From positions 10,690-74,689 of IMG/VR virus record IMGVR_UViG_3300030380_006721: DNA of 64,000 nt. The stretch is one strand, 5' to 3'. Below the pieces are notes generated by a model. The model saw nothing but the letters and a program-made list of their open reading frames with translations, ran no database searches and had not been told where the DNA came from. This document shows, in pieces, positions 1-10,155 of the stretch (within the stretch, counting starts at the first letter, position 1; each line of letters opens with the position of its first letter). This DNA comes from a virus. The translations under genes and the position numbers were made by a program.

Positions 1-264
1 ACCGATCGCTTCTTTACTGAAGTGATTCCTGTTGACATCGACGGTGATGTTCAGACTCAGGCTCCTCAGCAGTATCAGCAGAACTACGACATGCCTGCTC
101 CTCCGGCAGCAACTGCCGGTCAACCCCAAGCAGCGCAACCTCAGCAGCAGTGGGATGCTTTTGGTGATGCAATGAATCGCTCACCCGAGAATGCATGGCG
201 TCATCTGGCTCAAATGAGTCCTGATGCTCTGCGTTCCAAGCTTCTGTTCATGGAAGCTTCCTGA
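1..264 (+). CDS. C-terminal part of probable capsid scaffolding protein (5' truncated)
   Basis: Frame open from base 1 (TDRFFTEVIPV...); Q/P/A-rich linker then short helical C-terminus; lies upstream of the capsid genes. Confidence 0.5.
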   Translation, partial: TDRFFTEVIPVDIDGDVQTQAPQQYQQNYDMPAPPAATAGQPQAAQPQQQWDAFGDAMNRSPENAWRHLAQMSPDALRSKLLFMEAS

Positions 265-317
265 TATAGTTCGACGCCTTCACTTTCACGGTGGGTGGGT
301 GTCGGCTCCTCAGAATG

Positions 318-341
318 ACCCCTCTCAGGAGGGGTTTTTTT
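318..341 (+). terminator. Rho-independent terminator
   Basis: ACCCCTC-tcag-GAGGGGT stem followed by a T run. Confidence 0.8.
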
Positions 342-370
342 CTGCTAATTTTTACATAAAGGGTGTAATT

Positions 371-505
371 ATGAAAGCTTTGAACGCAAGCGGACGCAAA
401 GAAAGCCAAGGTAAAGCCAAAAAACCTCGTACAGGCGCTTCACCGGGTCCATCACGGCCTGTTGAGCCTAAAAACGAGCAATTTGACGAGAATGTTCAGC
501 TCTGA
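371..505 (+). CDS. small basic hypothetical protein (44 aa)
   Basis: ATG at 371 after the terminator, MKALNASGRK...; the longer track ORF crosses the terminator. Confidence 0.45.
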   Translation: MKALNASGRKESQGKAKKPRTGASPGPSRPVEPKNEQFDENVQL

Positions 506-822
506 GTGTCTTCTTCTTCGTTTTTAGCTTTAACAAGTTTGTTCAAAGCGATTTTTTCAGCCGAATTTAGAAGTTTTATACCTGCGTAACCACCGATGAA
601 CGCCACAGCGACTGATTCTGCTTTGGAAAACTGCATTCTGTGAGCAATGGCAGGAGCAATGAAGGTGGCGAGAAGCCATCCAACCGTCATGGCTCGTAAA
701 AAGTGCCTTAGAAAGTACTTTTTGTTTCGCGGGTGAACAAGCGATTCAGTCACAGTACCTGCAATCGAACTACCAGCTAATTCGGCATCAACTACCAACA
801 TAGAGACTAACTTTTCGATCAT
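496..822 (-). CDS. putative holin-like membrane protein
   Basis: 108 aa, 2-3 hydrophobic segments, AFIGGYAG motif, charged C-terminus. Confidence 0.5.
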   Translation of the reverse strand: MIEKLVSMLVVDAELAGSSIAGTVTESLVHPRNKKYFLRHFLRAMTVGWLLATFIAPAIAHRMQFSKAESVAVAFIGGYAGIKLLNSAEKIALNKLVKAKNEEEDTQS

Positions 823-889
823 TAGTCTCTAAAGGCCCGGTGCTATATCAAATATAATCCGGATTAAAGTAGAGTAAAAGCTTCAGAAA

Positions 890-1717
890 ATGACTTTTGC
901 TGCTCTTACCAACTGGAAATACGATAAATCCCTATATCACCGTATTCAATCTGGTCCTCAACACACAGGATCAAATTTAAACTTGATCGATACGTACCTG
1001 CTTACGTCAAGCGGGTATATCTGGAAAGAAGGTGAGCAACAGACATTTGTAGCACTCAGCGATCAAGGTATAAGCTTCGGAACAGTCACTCCGGGTCCGC
1101 CTAACTTATCTGGATTCTTCACAGATGCTTGGAGAGCTGTACCTACTGCAGTTTCAGGCTATTGGACTGATTACACGAATGTATACCCACATTCTTCAGG
1201 TGTTTTAGACGTTTACGACGGTTTTAGGCGTCAAGGTCTTATAAATACTGCCAACAGCACTGTACAGACGGCTTTCGGACCAGAACCTGGCCTGAAAGAC
1301 ATTGGACCATACATTTCTTACGGAAATAACCCACCGGATAATCAGTTTTACAGTCCTTTCGAAACTCCTGAGGGTAATTCGTCTACACAAGGCATAACTG
1401 GCGGCCCTGTTGCATATCCTTTATCTCAGTTTCCTCTTCTGACGAATCCCACACAAGGTACAACAGGATCTAGGGCAGATTGGGTTTACAACACGCCTGT
1501 CTACTGTCAGACGTGGACAGAAGCTGTCACAGCTCGCGTGCCTCCTGGTGAAACCGCTGACGGGACTAATTCAGTCGTTAGGGGTACGTATCGAGGCAGA
1601 TCTACTCGGTATGTTCCAAATTACGGCGGTGTCTATGGAGTTCTTGGCGAAGGTATTAGAGGCATGATCCGCACCTTTAGTTCTACAGTCAACAGTTCAA
1701 ATCAAAAAGGTATTTAA
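890..1717 (+). CDS. virion structural protein (hypothetical)
   Basis: G/T/P/S-rich 275 aa ORF directly upstream of the major capsid gene. Confidence 0.55.
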   Translation: MTFAALTNWKYDKSLYHRIQSGPQHTGSNLNLIDTYLLTSSGYIWKEGEQQTFVALSDQGISFGTVTPGPPNLSGFFTDAWRAVPTAVSGYWTDYTNVYPHSSGVLDVYDGFRRQGLINTANSTVQTAFGPEPGLKDIGPYISYGNNPPDNQFYSPFETPEGNSSTQGITGGPVAYPLSQFPLLTNPTQGTTGSRADWVYNTPVYCQTWTEAVTARVPPGETADGTNSVVRGTYRGRSTRYVPNYGGVYGVLGEGIRGMIRTFSSTVNSSNQKGI

Positions 1718-1799
1718 CGCTAAAAACAAGACATCAGCTATGTAGTTGTAACTAACTAACAGCTAAGATAATTTTGTAGTTTCTTGCGGACATTTATCG

Positions 1800-2915
1800 A
1801 TGTTTATCGATAATGATTTCCCCAAGATTCTTGGTGCGGAGCTTTACCGTCCCCATCCTGCCTATATCGTCGAGATGGCCGCCGAACCGGTGGTCGTTCA
1901 TGACTTCTCTAAGCAGCCTGGTCAGACTGTTCAGCTCGACCGTTACCGCTTCTTCGGTAACCCCGGCTCCAAAGAATCTCGGGAACGTACGGCTGAGCAG
2001 ACCATTGGTACTGCAAATAGCCGTAATATCGTGAAGGACAAGGTCCTTGTGACCTTGAAAGAGTATACCGGACCTGCAGATCCTGCTGATCCAACTCAAC
2101 CTTCAACGTTCAAGATTGCTCGGGAAACTCTTATCACAGCACAGCGTTTGCTGCTGGATACGGGCAACCTGACCACTTTCCACCAGTCAATCGGCAGCCT
2201 GACCCTGCTGGACGACTATAGAAGGTGGCGCGATCGGGTGTTTATCAACGAACTCCTGAAAGCTGTCTCAAAAGGTCAGTCTTCTGATACCCAGGGCGGT
2301 TACTACTTCCCCGGCGATCTCGCGACTGGCGCTCTTACTTACAACAACGCCGAACAAGCCAAGTTCGACGTTAAGGACGACCTCCTCCGTGTGGTTAAGT
2401 CCCTGCGTAAGCGCAACACTCCGACCTACCAGGACGGTTTCTACCGCTGCGTTTGTGACCCCACTTTCCTGATGCACTTGCGTCAGAACAGTGACTTCCG
2501 TGAGGTGGCTCGCTACCCCGGCAATGGTCAAATTAACCCGCTCATGTCGGCTATGCAGCCGAACGCGAGCATCTACATGGGTCAAGGGTTCGGCCAAGCT
2601 ACTTTCGTGGCTGGCGAGCCTATTATGCCGACCGGCTTCGTTTTTGAAGGCGTGCGATTCTTCGAATCCACCAACATGCCTTCCCAAACGCAAAACGCCA
2701 CCATCGGTGGTGCTGCAGCTGACTACAACGCTGCAATCGGCATGTTCTTTGGTCCTCAATCTGTTGGTGTGGGCATCGGCGGCAACAACGCCCAGGTGCT
2801 TCTCAACAACAATGACGACTTCAGCCGTTTCATCATGATGATCTGGAGCCTCTATGCAGGCTTCGAGCTTCTGAACGCTGATTTCGCCACCATTGCCTAC
2901 TCTTTCGACGCTTGA
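1800..2915 (+). CDS. major capsid protein, N4-gp56-like family
   Basis: 371 aa; HDFSKQPGQTVQLDRY, LVTLKEY, GFVFEGVRFFES motifs; strong C-ending codon bias typical of high expression. Confidence 0.85.
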   Translation: MFIDNDFPKILGAELYRPHPAYIVEMAAEPVVVHDFSKQPGQTVQLDRYRFFGNPGSKESRERTAEQTIGTANSRNIVKDKVLVTLKEYTGPADPADPTQPSTFKIARETLITAQRLLLDTGNLTTFHQSIGSLTLLDDYRRWRDRVFINELLKAVSKGQSSDTQGGYYFPGDLATGALTYNNAEQAKFDVKDDLLRVVKSLRKRNTPTYQDGFYRCVCDPTFLMHLRQNSDFREVARYPGNGQINPLMSAMQPNASIYMGQGFGQATFVAGEPIMPTGFVFEGVRFFESTNMPSQTQNATIGGAAADYNAAIGMFFGPQSVGVGIGGNNAQVLLNNNDDFSRFIMMIWSLYAGFELLNADFATIAYSFDA

Positions 2916-2929
2916 GGAGGTAATTAACT

Positions 2930-3808
2930 ATGGCGATCAATCCCAATCAGCTTCACGTTGCCAAGATCTATCCTGGTAACTACACGAACGTTCTTCGTTT
3001 TTGGCACGAAACGAAGACCATCCAGTATGAAAACGCCAACGGCGTTGATACAAACCTGACTGGACAGCCTGTCGGCGGTCCTGTTGGTGTTGTCTTCCAG
3101 CCTGGATGGATTGCACAACAGGCTGTTGGCTATGTCGACTTGAGCTACCAGGCTCTCGGCACCAACAATCAGCTGGCTTACTACACCAAGCCTTACGGCT
3201 CTGGTCAGAACTCCGCTGAGCAGCCTTTCCTGAACGCAAATGTCATCGTTCCGTCCCCCGACTTCCACAAGGATGTCCGGGCCGACATCACCGACGGCAT
3301 CGCAGTTCCCGCTTCCGCCTACGTTTATCGCGCTTCCCTGCGCTTAAGCGGCGGCGACATCGTGAGCAGCGGCGTTGCAGGTGCTGACGCTACCCCTGAA
3401 CTGACCCTCGTTCCCGCTGTGGGCGTTGGTCTTAAGGATGACGGCACTGTCGTCTCCGGTCAGTTCGGTGCAACCATCACTGGTGCTAACAGCGCCATTG
3501 CCAATGGCAGCACTGCTTCCACAAACATCTTCGATTCCAGCAGCTGGGCTGCACTTGGATCCGAGACCACCTGGAAGCTGTTCACCACAACTGACTTGGG
3601 CGGTGCTGCCGCTTCCGGTCTGGCACAAGGCTCCGGTGTCTATGACCCCCGTGCCGGTGTCAACAAACTTGCTGGTGATGACAAGGCTCTCGCAATCTGC
3701 GAAGTCTGCTGGATCATTCCCGATGAGCCGCCCGAGCGTCAGGACGTTGCCCTGCAGCCCGACGGACTTACCGAGTCTCAGGTCTACACCTCTACCTCTC
3801 CTTCCTGA
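2930..3808 (+). CDS. capsid decoration / minor capsid protein
   Basis: GGAGG RBS, same codon bias as MCP, co-transcribed up to a strong terminator. Confidence 0.6.
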   Translation: MAINPNQLHVAKIYPGNYTNVLRFWHETKTIQYENANGVDTNLTGQPVGGPVGVVFQPGWIAQQAVGYVDLSYQALGTNNQLAYYTKPYGSGQNSAEQPFLNANVIVPSPDFHKDVRADITDGIAVPASAYVYRASLRLSGGDIVSSGVAGADATPELTLVPAVGVGLKDDGTVVSGQFGATITGANSAIANGSTASTNIFDSSSWAALGSETTWKLFTTTDLGGAAASGLAQGSGVYDPRAGVNKLAGDDKALAICEVCWIIPDEPPERQDVALQPDGLTESQVYTSTSPS

Positions 3809-3830
3809 TAAGATCAGAGGGAACACGGAC

Positions 3831-3862
3831 AAGACCTTTCCTTCGGGAGGGGTCTTTTTTTT
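3831..3862 (+). terminator. Rho-independent terminator of the capsid operon
   Basis: AAGACCTTTCC-TTCG-GGAGGGGTCTT stem with cUUCGg loop and T run. Confidence 0.9.
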
Positions 3863-3934
3863 GTTTTAATTAACCTACCGTGCGTTACAAAAGATATAAG
3901 TAATCTAAAATATTTAAGACATATAAATAACACT

Positions 3935-4201
3935 ATGCCTGATCTGTCTGATATGTCGATCAAGAGCAAACAGTGTCAGAAGTGTGGAGCCACTTGGATA
4001 AATGGACAGCTTTATTGGTCTACGGGAAAACCAGGAAAAGATATAGATTTAGCTGGATTAGTCTGTAATACTGCCAAATCGCCTCAATGTCTCAACCCTC
4101 TCAAAGGAAAAACCGGTGGCGACACCTGGGCAAAGAGATTAGACGAGTTAGATAAACTTTCGTATCGTATGGATCAAGAACACGATATCCGGTGGGATTG
4201 A
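3935..4201 (+). CDS. conserved cyanophage Cys-rich hypothetical protein
   Basis: CxxC...WINGQLYW...DLAGLVCN...CLNP pattern recalled from cyanophages. Confidence 0.65.
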   Translation: MPDLSDMSIKSKQCQKCGATWINGQLYWSTGKPGKDIDLAGLVCNTAKSPQCLNPLKGKTGGDTWAKRLDELDKLSYRMDQEHDIRWD

Positions 4202-4203
4202 AA

Positions 4204-4653
4204 TTAGAACCGAGGCATAATCAAACCGCTAGGTCTCGGTATATCAATCTGTCTCTTGAATCCACCTGGATGACCGGCAGCTTCCAAGATTTCTTCTGTG
4301 GGCTTGTGTCGTCCACCGTATGCGGCTAAGCGCAGATAGTGCTCAATGTTTAGAGCTGGCGCTTTTGTGAAAGCGTCATTAACAGCTTTGGGTCCTTTTG
4401 GAGCTCCAAAATCTTCTCCAAGAACCCCGGCTAGTTCCATGAATGCTGGGATAGCATCAGCGCCGCCAGTCAGTCCTGAAGCTACAAGACCTCCGCCGCC
4501 GACAAACGCTGCGTTTTTTAATTTTTGAATGATATCTTTTTCTTGCGGGTTAGCAAGTTCTAGACCCACATTGATGATGTCCCCGGCAAAAGGGAGTTTA
4601 CTGAGAAATTTTCTAAATTTGCCCCCGCCCGCCATACGTATGGGTTGTCCCAT
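4204..4653 (-). CDS. hypothetical protein
   Basis: 149 aa ORF filling the gap, converging on 4201. Confidence 0.55.
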   Translation of the reverse strand: MGQPIRMAGGGKFRKFLSKLPFAGDIINVGLELANPQEKDIIQKLKNAAFVGGGGLVASGLTGGADAIPAFMELAGVLGEDFGAPKGPKAVNDAFTKAPALNIEHYLRLAAYGGRHKPTEEILEAAGHPGGFKRQIDIPRPSGLIMPRF

Positions 4654-4711
4654 TTTCTTTTTTCGATAATTACCATTCTAACTTATTCTGGTTTAAGCTT
4701 GTGCTCGTATA

Positions 4712-5173
4712 GTGACTGCCATGTCTACGAAAATTTACGGCCCTAGCGGCATCAAAGTCACCGTCTTATCGATTCACGATGAGGGTGAGTACATGATGGT
4801 TCAATCTGACACAAGCGGTAAAGTCTTTTACGCTCACAAAGATCAAATCCAGGAGCTTGTTGCTGTTGAAGGCGGTTCCGACGAAGGTCCTGCTCGCACT
4901 CGCCGCAACCGGAGAAAAGTTACATCTACTAAAAAAGAGCCGATTGTGGTCAAACCTCAGGTGCCTACGGACAACCGGGTGAACCTTAATACCTTGACAG
5001 CAGAAGGACTCACTCAAGTTCTTCCTGGAGTCGGTATCAAAACCGCAAAAGAGATTATTGAGTTGAAGATGGGTTTGCCTGGAGAACGATTCAGTAAACT
5101 GGATCAATTGAAGGCAGTAAAAAGGATCGACTGGGACGAAGTCTTTTCGACCGGTGAAGTTTACGTAGAATAA
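4712..5173 (+). CDS. helix-hairpin-helix (ComEA-like) DNA-binding protein
   Basis: RVNLNTLTAEGLTQVLPGVGIKTAKEII HhH motif. Confidence 0.75.
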   Translation: MTAMSTKIYGPSGIKVTVLSIHDEGEYMMVQSDTSGKVFYAHKDQIQELVAVEGGSDEGPARTRRNRRKVTSTKKEPIVVKPQVPTDNRVNLNTLTAEGLTQVLPGVGIKTAKEIIELKMGLPGERFSKLDQLKAVKRIDWDEVFSTGEVYVE

Positions 5174-5193
5174 AGCTATATGTCTGTTAGATC

Positions 5194-5814
5194 GTGGCTC
5201 AATTAACGCAAAGTGAACTCGAGCAGATTCAAAGTTATCTAGCTCAACAAGGTGTCACATTTAACGCCACGTCTACCGATGCTTCGAAGCGTGAAGTAAT
5301 TTATGCGGCGATCAATCAGATCACGCGCAACCCTGCACAGGTTTTTGGATATAAGCTTGATGACTATAACTTTAGCCGTGTCGCTTATCACCTTGCTTAT
5401 AACATCGCCACTGTTCCCGCTGGAGATTACGCCAGGTTAGTGGAAGCTTGCAATAGCATTCCTAGTGAGTTTTATAACGACAAAATTGTTCAGCAGATTG
5501 AGCGTTGTGAAGAAGCTGAAAGATTCACTGAGTTAGCTGACGGTAGGGCCACAAGCAGACAAGAAACGATTTTAGGAGACGTCAGTCGTTCTATTAACAT
5601 CCAAGATAAAAGAGAAACTGCAAGAATTTGGAGAGAAAACTATATGTATGAATGCGATCGGTTGGCCCAGATGCTTTACGTTGCAAACTATAGAGACCCC
5701 GTGGCGTCGCGTTACCGCTTCGAAAGATCAGGCGGTGAGTTCATTCAAGCAATACCTGGACCTCCTGATGTATCACGATCTGATCGTCTATATTTCCAAG
5801 CAAATTGGCGCTAA
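5194..5814 (+). CDS. probable head-tail connector / neck protein
   Basis: 206 aa helical protein downstream of the capsid genes; function assigned from position. Confidence 0.45.
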   Translation: MAQLTQSELEQIQSYLAQQGVTFNATSTDASKREVIYAAINQITRNPAQVFGYKLDDYNFSRVAYHLAYNIATVPAGDYARLVEACNSIPSEFYNDKIVQQIERCEEAERFTELADGRATSRQETILGDVSRSINIQDKRETARIWRENYMYECDRLAQMLYVANYRDPVASRYRFERSGGEFIQAIPGPPDVSRSDRLYFQANWR

Positions 5815-5843
5815 ACTAAATTTATCTAGCGTTAGATTTTGTT

Positions 5844-7376
5844 GTGTCTAGAGCTCAGGGGATTTCAGCATTATTACGCATGGGCGAAAGTAACGCCCGT
5901 GTTTTTTTAGAGGGTCTAAATCAAATGTTAGGCAAGCAGGGCACACGCCAGCTGCTTGAGTCTGTAGCGCCTCCAAGAAGTCCTCTCCAAGACGCGATGC
6001 GACAGCAAGGCGGTATCCGCATGGGCGTCAGGGAACTCCCTCAAACGCCACGACGAGCGCCTGAACCTGAGTTCACTGGACCAGCTCCTCGTCCTGAGCC
6101 TGTTGAAGTCCCAATGCCGAGTGCTCGCCCCATGGGCAGCAGGCCAGAGTACACCGTTAGACGTGGTGACCCCACCGCTCGACAGGATGTTCCCCCAGCT
6201 CCGAGTGCCGCAGAACCTTTTGAAGCAGGAAATCAGCTTCGTATTCCCTTTACCCAACCGGGCAGAGGTGGGCAAATGTATAGCCCAAGTAGAAGCTCTC
6301 AAAGTGCAGAAGCTGTTGCAGGCTCGATGCGTCAGAGTGTCGGAGATGTGAGTGATGCTCCTGACTTTCCTAGATTCAGAGGTTCTGAAGGTCAACGCGC
6401 ATTAGATCTAGAGCCAAGCGTGACTCGGGAGATGATGCAGCAAATGTCTCCTGGTGTTTCACGAGCTCCTCAAGTTCCGTCACCAATGGCCTTACCGCAA
6501 ACAATGCGCTCTGCAGGTGTCAACCAAGTGGATCTCAGCAATCCAATGGTTAGAGCTGCCATTTTCTCAGCAGGCATTGGAGCTCTGAGTCCTTTGATGA
6601 TGCAAGGACAAGATCCGGCAGTTCCCACTCCTATGGATAGTGGTGCTGATTTACCTGAGTCAATTGAGGAAGGAGCAGCTACTGGTTCTGTGGCTGCGAC
6701 GGGAGAAACTGATCCTATTCGATTGGAAGTACAACAGTTTGTAGAACAGCAACCTATGGGTCCAGAAGCTGCAGCTGTAGATGAGTCGATCAGTCGTGCT
6801 ACGACTGCGATGCAACAAAGTCCTGGAGAAGCAGGAGCAAGAGCACGCGCCATGGCTCCGCGCGATCCTTCTAGTTACTCAAACATCGCTGACTACTACG
6901 CCGACCGCAAACGGTTTGTCGACGCAATGAAAGGCGGTGAGTTTACGGAGAAGATGAAAGGAGCTGTTGCTGAGGCAACTCCCTCGATGTCAGAAGCAGA
7001 CATCGCTGCTTTTGTCGCTTCAAACCCCACGCTTGCTTATGAACTGATGATGCGTGGTCAGAGTCAGCGCCCCAATCCCATGATGAGTGAACAGACCGGT
7101 GAATCCATCACCACTCAAACTGTTGGAAGCGCACTTGGTGACGACAATCTTGCAAACGCTACAGGCCAAGCCTTGGCTGCAGCAGCAAATGTCTCCACGG
7201 AGCAGATGGAGGGAACCTTAGAAGGTGCAGCTCAAGCTCAACAAAACAATGAGATTATTGATGCAGCTCGACCGATTCTTCGCCCTCAGCTACAGCGGAC
7301 TGAAGAGTTTGTGGATGAGCAGTTCAGGCCCCGGATGGCTGGCTCTACTGGTTTCTTCAGACAAATGGGTCAGTGA
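5844..7376 (+). CDS. probable internal virion protein
   Basis: 510 aa, P/A/Q/M-rich low-complexity sequence in the structural block. Confidence 0.55.
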   Translation: MSRAQGISALLRMGESNARVFLEGLNQMLGKQGTRQLLESVAPPRSPLQDAMRQQGGIRMGVRELPQTPRRAPEPEFTGPAPRPEPVEVPMPSARPMGSRPEYTVRRGDPTARQDVPPAPSAAEPFEAGNQLRIPFTQPGRGGQMYSPSRSSQSAEAVAGSMRQSVGDVSDAPDFPRFRGSEGQRALDLEPSVTREMMQQMSPGVSRAPQVPSPMALPQTMRSAGVNQVDLSNPMVRAAIFSAGIGALSPLMMQGQDPAVPTPMDSGADLPESIEEGAATGSVAATGETDPIRLEVQQFVEQQPMGPEAAAVDESISRATTAMQQSPGEAGARARAMAPRDPSSYSNIADYYADRKRFVDAMKGGEFTEKMKGAVAEATPSMSEADIAAFVASNPTLAYELMMRGQSQRPNPMMSEQTGESITTQTVGSALGDDNLANATGQALAAAANVSTEQMEGTLEGAAQAQQNNEIIDAARPILRPQLQRTEEFVDEQFRPRMAGSTGFFRQMGQ

Positions 7377-7420
7377 TTTTATTAGTCTTGAATTAAACTA
7401 CAAACAATTAGGAGTTTAAA

Positions 7421-7975
7421 GTGGCATCGACCTCTACAAACAAACAACCAATGATGGTCGATCGCCCCTTTCTAAGGGGTGCAAAGATCACCAGTGCAAC
7501 TCCCACTGTTGACGCTGTAAATACTCAGTTTGCGAATTTAATCCAACTGGTGCGAGTCGGCGACGTACCTTCTGAGGACGCTGCGATAGTCGAAGATATT
7601 TTTGTTGTTTCAAACGAAGGCTACCCTGATGACGGTGGAGTTAGAGCTGCTGCTTTTGGTCTGTATGTTTATCTGCCTAATCAGGCAGCCCCTGCTACAG
7701 CAGCCTCAATTTTGCTTAATAAATTCACGGTTGGATTATCAGGGTCTACAGAAGGCTTAATTCAACGGGTTGAACTTCCTAAAACCATTGCGCCTACCCC
7801 ACAGGTTGGAGACACTGCTTTGACTCGACCTATTGAGCTCGGTGGAGCCGAAGCTCTTTACCTGGAAAAAGGCTATGTCCTGGGTGTTGGCTATCTAGGT
7901 GATTCAGCCTTGGCAGTCTCTGGTGGGCTAAGTCCTTCTGGTGTTTCTTTCTGGGCGCAAGGTGGCTTCTATTGA
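7421..7975 (+). CDS. virion structural (tail) protein
   Basis: MASTSTNKQPMMVDRP start and WAQGGFY end; beta-rich; structural block. Confidence 0.55.
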   Translation: MASTSTNKQPMMVDRPFLRGAKITSATPTVDAVNTQFANLIQLVRVGDVPSEDAAIVEDIFVVSNEGYPDDGGVRAAAFGLYVYLPNQAAPATAASILLNKFTVGLSGSTEGLIQRVELPKTIAPTPQVGDTALTRPIELGGAEALYLEKGYVLGVGYLGDSALAVSGGLSPSGVSFWAQGGFY

Positions 7976-7978
7976 TTC

Positions 7979-9550
7979 GTGAGCAAACGACGTAAAGGCT
8001 CTGATTTTTTCGGGTGGGATAACCACGCGCCTAAGAGTACAAGCTTTGCGTTTAACAAAGTAAAAGGTTCAAACACTGAACGGTCTTTGAACAGACCGAT
8101 GCCTTGGCATGAAAAATTTAGACCTGAGGTAAACCTAAAAGACTTCAGCATTCTCTACGACTACAACTACGCATCCATGTGGACGCGCTGGAGAAGAGGA
8201 TACGAACTTTTTATGTATACAAACCAGGCTTTGGTTGGTTTGAATTACACGTTCAGATACGCCATGAACGGGCAAGCCGGTTCTGGAGGAACCGAAATTC
8301 CGGGGCTGATGTATATGTACCCGTCCACAGAGCAGGACATGGGTATGAGGATGGTGGTGATAAGACCAAGAGACAGCATAAATCTTCTTGACTTAGGTCT
8401 TTCGATCAAAAGTGTTTTTAACTTTGACTTACTTAACAAAGTTATAGGCGTCGAACTCAGTAGCAACTTTGGTCCTCCGGTTTCAGATATGACCGGTGAG
8501 CTTGTTTCAGATCGATTCCAAGCAGACGGTACGCCAAAAACAACTTATGGAAATTACACAGTGGTCGCTGTGGGAACCAAGGCTGGCGGTCCTCAGGTTC
8601 CGACAGGGGCGGCTGATCTGGATACGTTGTTTCTTTCAGTCAGCGAGGAAAAAAGTTTCACCACGATCGAGGATAAGTCATTTGCTAGTCCAGCTTTTGG
8701 AAACCCTCAAGTAGGAGAATTTTTATCAACCGCAATGAGGTTTGGGTGCAATTGCCCAGACTATTTAAATCGGGAAGATTTTAATCTTTATAAATACGCT
8801 CAAAAGAAAACTTATCCATACACCGGCACTCAGGATCTGAAGCCTGGTACATACGACGCCGGTACAAATACATTTGATGGTGAGCGTCCTGTTGACACTC
8901 GAGATTTTCCTGGATTCGTAAGAGACTTTGGTTTTCTTTATACAAAAAATCTGTTTTTAGGTCCAGCTACTGGAGGAGACGGACCAGGCACGTCTTACTC
9001 CGATCCAAACTTGCTGTTCTTCCAGCCAAAATTTTGTAAGCACATCTACGCATCGTGGTGGGATATGCAGAACAGGTTTGAAAACTATAAATATTTGGAT
9101 GCATTTTTACAGCAGCCAACAGATGAGCCTATGGACGGAAGGTATCGAGAATATTTTGAAATTCAACTAGGCAAACAAACTCGTTTCTTACAGACAGCTA
9201 GAAGTTTGAATTGGTGGGAGGCTTATTCTCCTGCAAGAGACACAGTTCCTGATCATGTTCTTTACTCGGACATGAACCCAACCATGGTCAAAGTCTTAAA
9301 CTTTGACACGCTTGCTTCAGGTGTTTCGGTGCCTCTTGTGCCGAGTGGATTTGTGATGTTTGACATCGATGAATTCAATCCTCTTCAGCCTGTCCCACCT
9401 GAAAACAGACCAATCATCGATGGAGGTCAATACTTTAATGGCTCTCCTAGTGGTGTCAGTGGCACGATTATTTATGATGGAGGCACTTATCTAAACGGTG
9501 CGCCACTTCCTCCGCTGTTTAGCCCGATTATCAATGGGGGTACGTACTAA
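7979..9550 (+). CDS. structural protein with split SWIM-type zinc finger and C-terminal DGG repeats
   Basis: GCNCPDY ... FCKHIYA; C-terminal IIDGGQY / IYDGGTY / INGGTY. Confidence 0.6.
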   Translation: MSKRRKGSDFFGWDNHAPKSTSFAFNKVKGSNTERSLNRPMPWHEKFRPEVNLKDFSILYDYNYASMWTRWRRGYELFMYTNQALVGLNYTFRYAMNGQAGSGGTEIPGLMYMYPSTEQDMGMRMVVIRPRDSINLLDLGLSIKSVFNFDLLNKVIGVELSSNFGPPVSDMTGELVSDRFQADGTPKTTYGNYTVVAVGTKAGGPQVPTGAADLDTLFLSVSEEKSFTTIEDKSFASPAFGNPQVGEFLSTAMRFGCNCPDYLNREDFNLYKYAQKKTYPYTGTQDLKPGTYDAGTNTFDGERPVDTRDFPGFVRDFGFLYTKNLFLGPATGGDGPGTSYSDPNLLFFQPKFCKHIYASWWDMQNRFENYKYLDAFLQQPTDEPMDGRYREYFEIQLGKQTRFLQTARSLNWWEAYSPARDTVPDHVLYSDMNPTMVKVLNFDTLASGVSVPLVPSGFVMFDIDEFNPLQPVPPENRPIIDGGQYFNGSPSGVSGTIIYDGGTYLNGAPLPPLFSPIINGGTY

Positions 9551-10144
9551 ATGACAACCACACCAGTAACTCTTCTTTCTAAAAGATCTGGTAATACATC
9601 TGATCGACCTTTAGATACAACTGTCCAGGCAGGAGAGCTAGCGATTAACTTTGCTGCCGCCGAAAACGGCCTTTACTTCAAAGACTCTGTTGGTGATATT
9701 CGTAAAGTAACCGGTGTCCACTATGGAACAACTGCTCCCAATAGCAGTCCGGCAGGCGCAACAGGTAATTCTGTAGGCGAGCTGTGGTTAGAAGACGGAA
9801 CAAATCATTTTCTTAGGGTATGGGACGGTTCTGCATTCATCAAAATCGGCGCTGCTTTTGCTGACGCAGCTGGAACAGCGACAGTATCTATCGCATCAGG
9901 TGCGATCGTTGCAAATAGCGCCTTAGTAGCTTCCGGTGCATTTGGTGCAGTCGTTGCCTCGGGTGCATTAGGCACTCCCATAGCTTCAGGAGCTTTACTT
10001 GCTTCCGGTGCTCTTGCTCTCGAAGTAGCTGTAATCAGTGGAGCTTTTCCAGCCGTGCCTGCTTCAGGTGTATTTGGGTATCGAGTAGATCCGCCTAGCG
10101 GCCTTTATTTATCTTTTGGTGGAGGTTGGGTGCCTGTTTCTTGA
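9551..10144 (+). CDS. short tail fibre protein
   Basis: KRS...RP...GELAIN...GLYFKD N-terminal fibre domain, GELWL...LRVWDG, ASGA repeats. Confidence 0.7.
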   Translation: MTTTPVTLLSKRSGNTSDRPLDTTVQAGELAINFAAAENGLYFKDSVGDIRKVTGVHYGTTAPNSSPAGATGNSVGELWLEDGTNHFLRVWDGSAFIKIGAAFADAAGTATVSIASGAIVANSALVASGAFGAVVASGALGTPIASGALLASGALALEVAVISGAFPAVPASGVFGYRVDPPSGLYLSFGGGWVPVS

Positions 10145-10155
10145 TTGATATCGGA

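Noticed and set aside
271-305. Imperfect hairpin before the first terminator
   Set aside because: Short and wobble-dependent; insufficient to call an RNA element
1742-1755. Near-NtcA boxes upstream of the capsid gene and at ~3884 and ~55251
   Set aside because: One or two mismatches in a 6-bp consensus are expected by chance
1794-3869. Long antisense and alternate-frame ORFs over the capsid genes (and similar ones elsewhere)
   Set aside because: Shadow ORFs expected from the strong codon bias of the real genes
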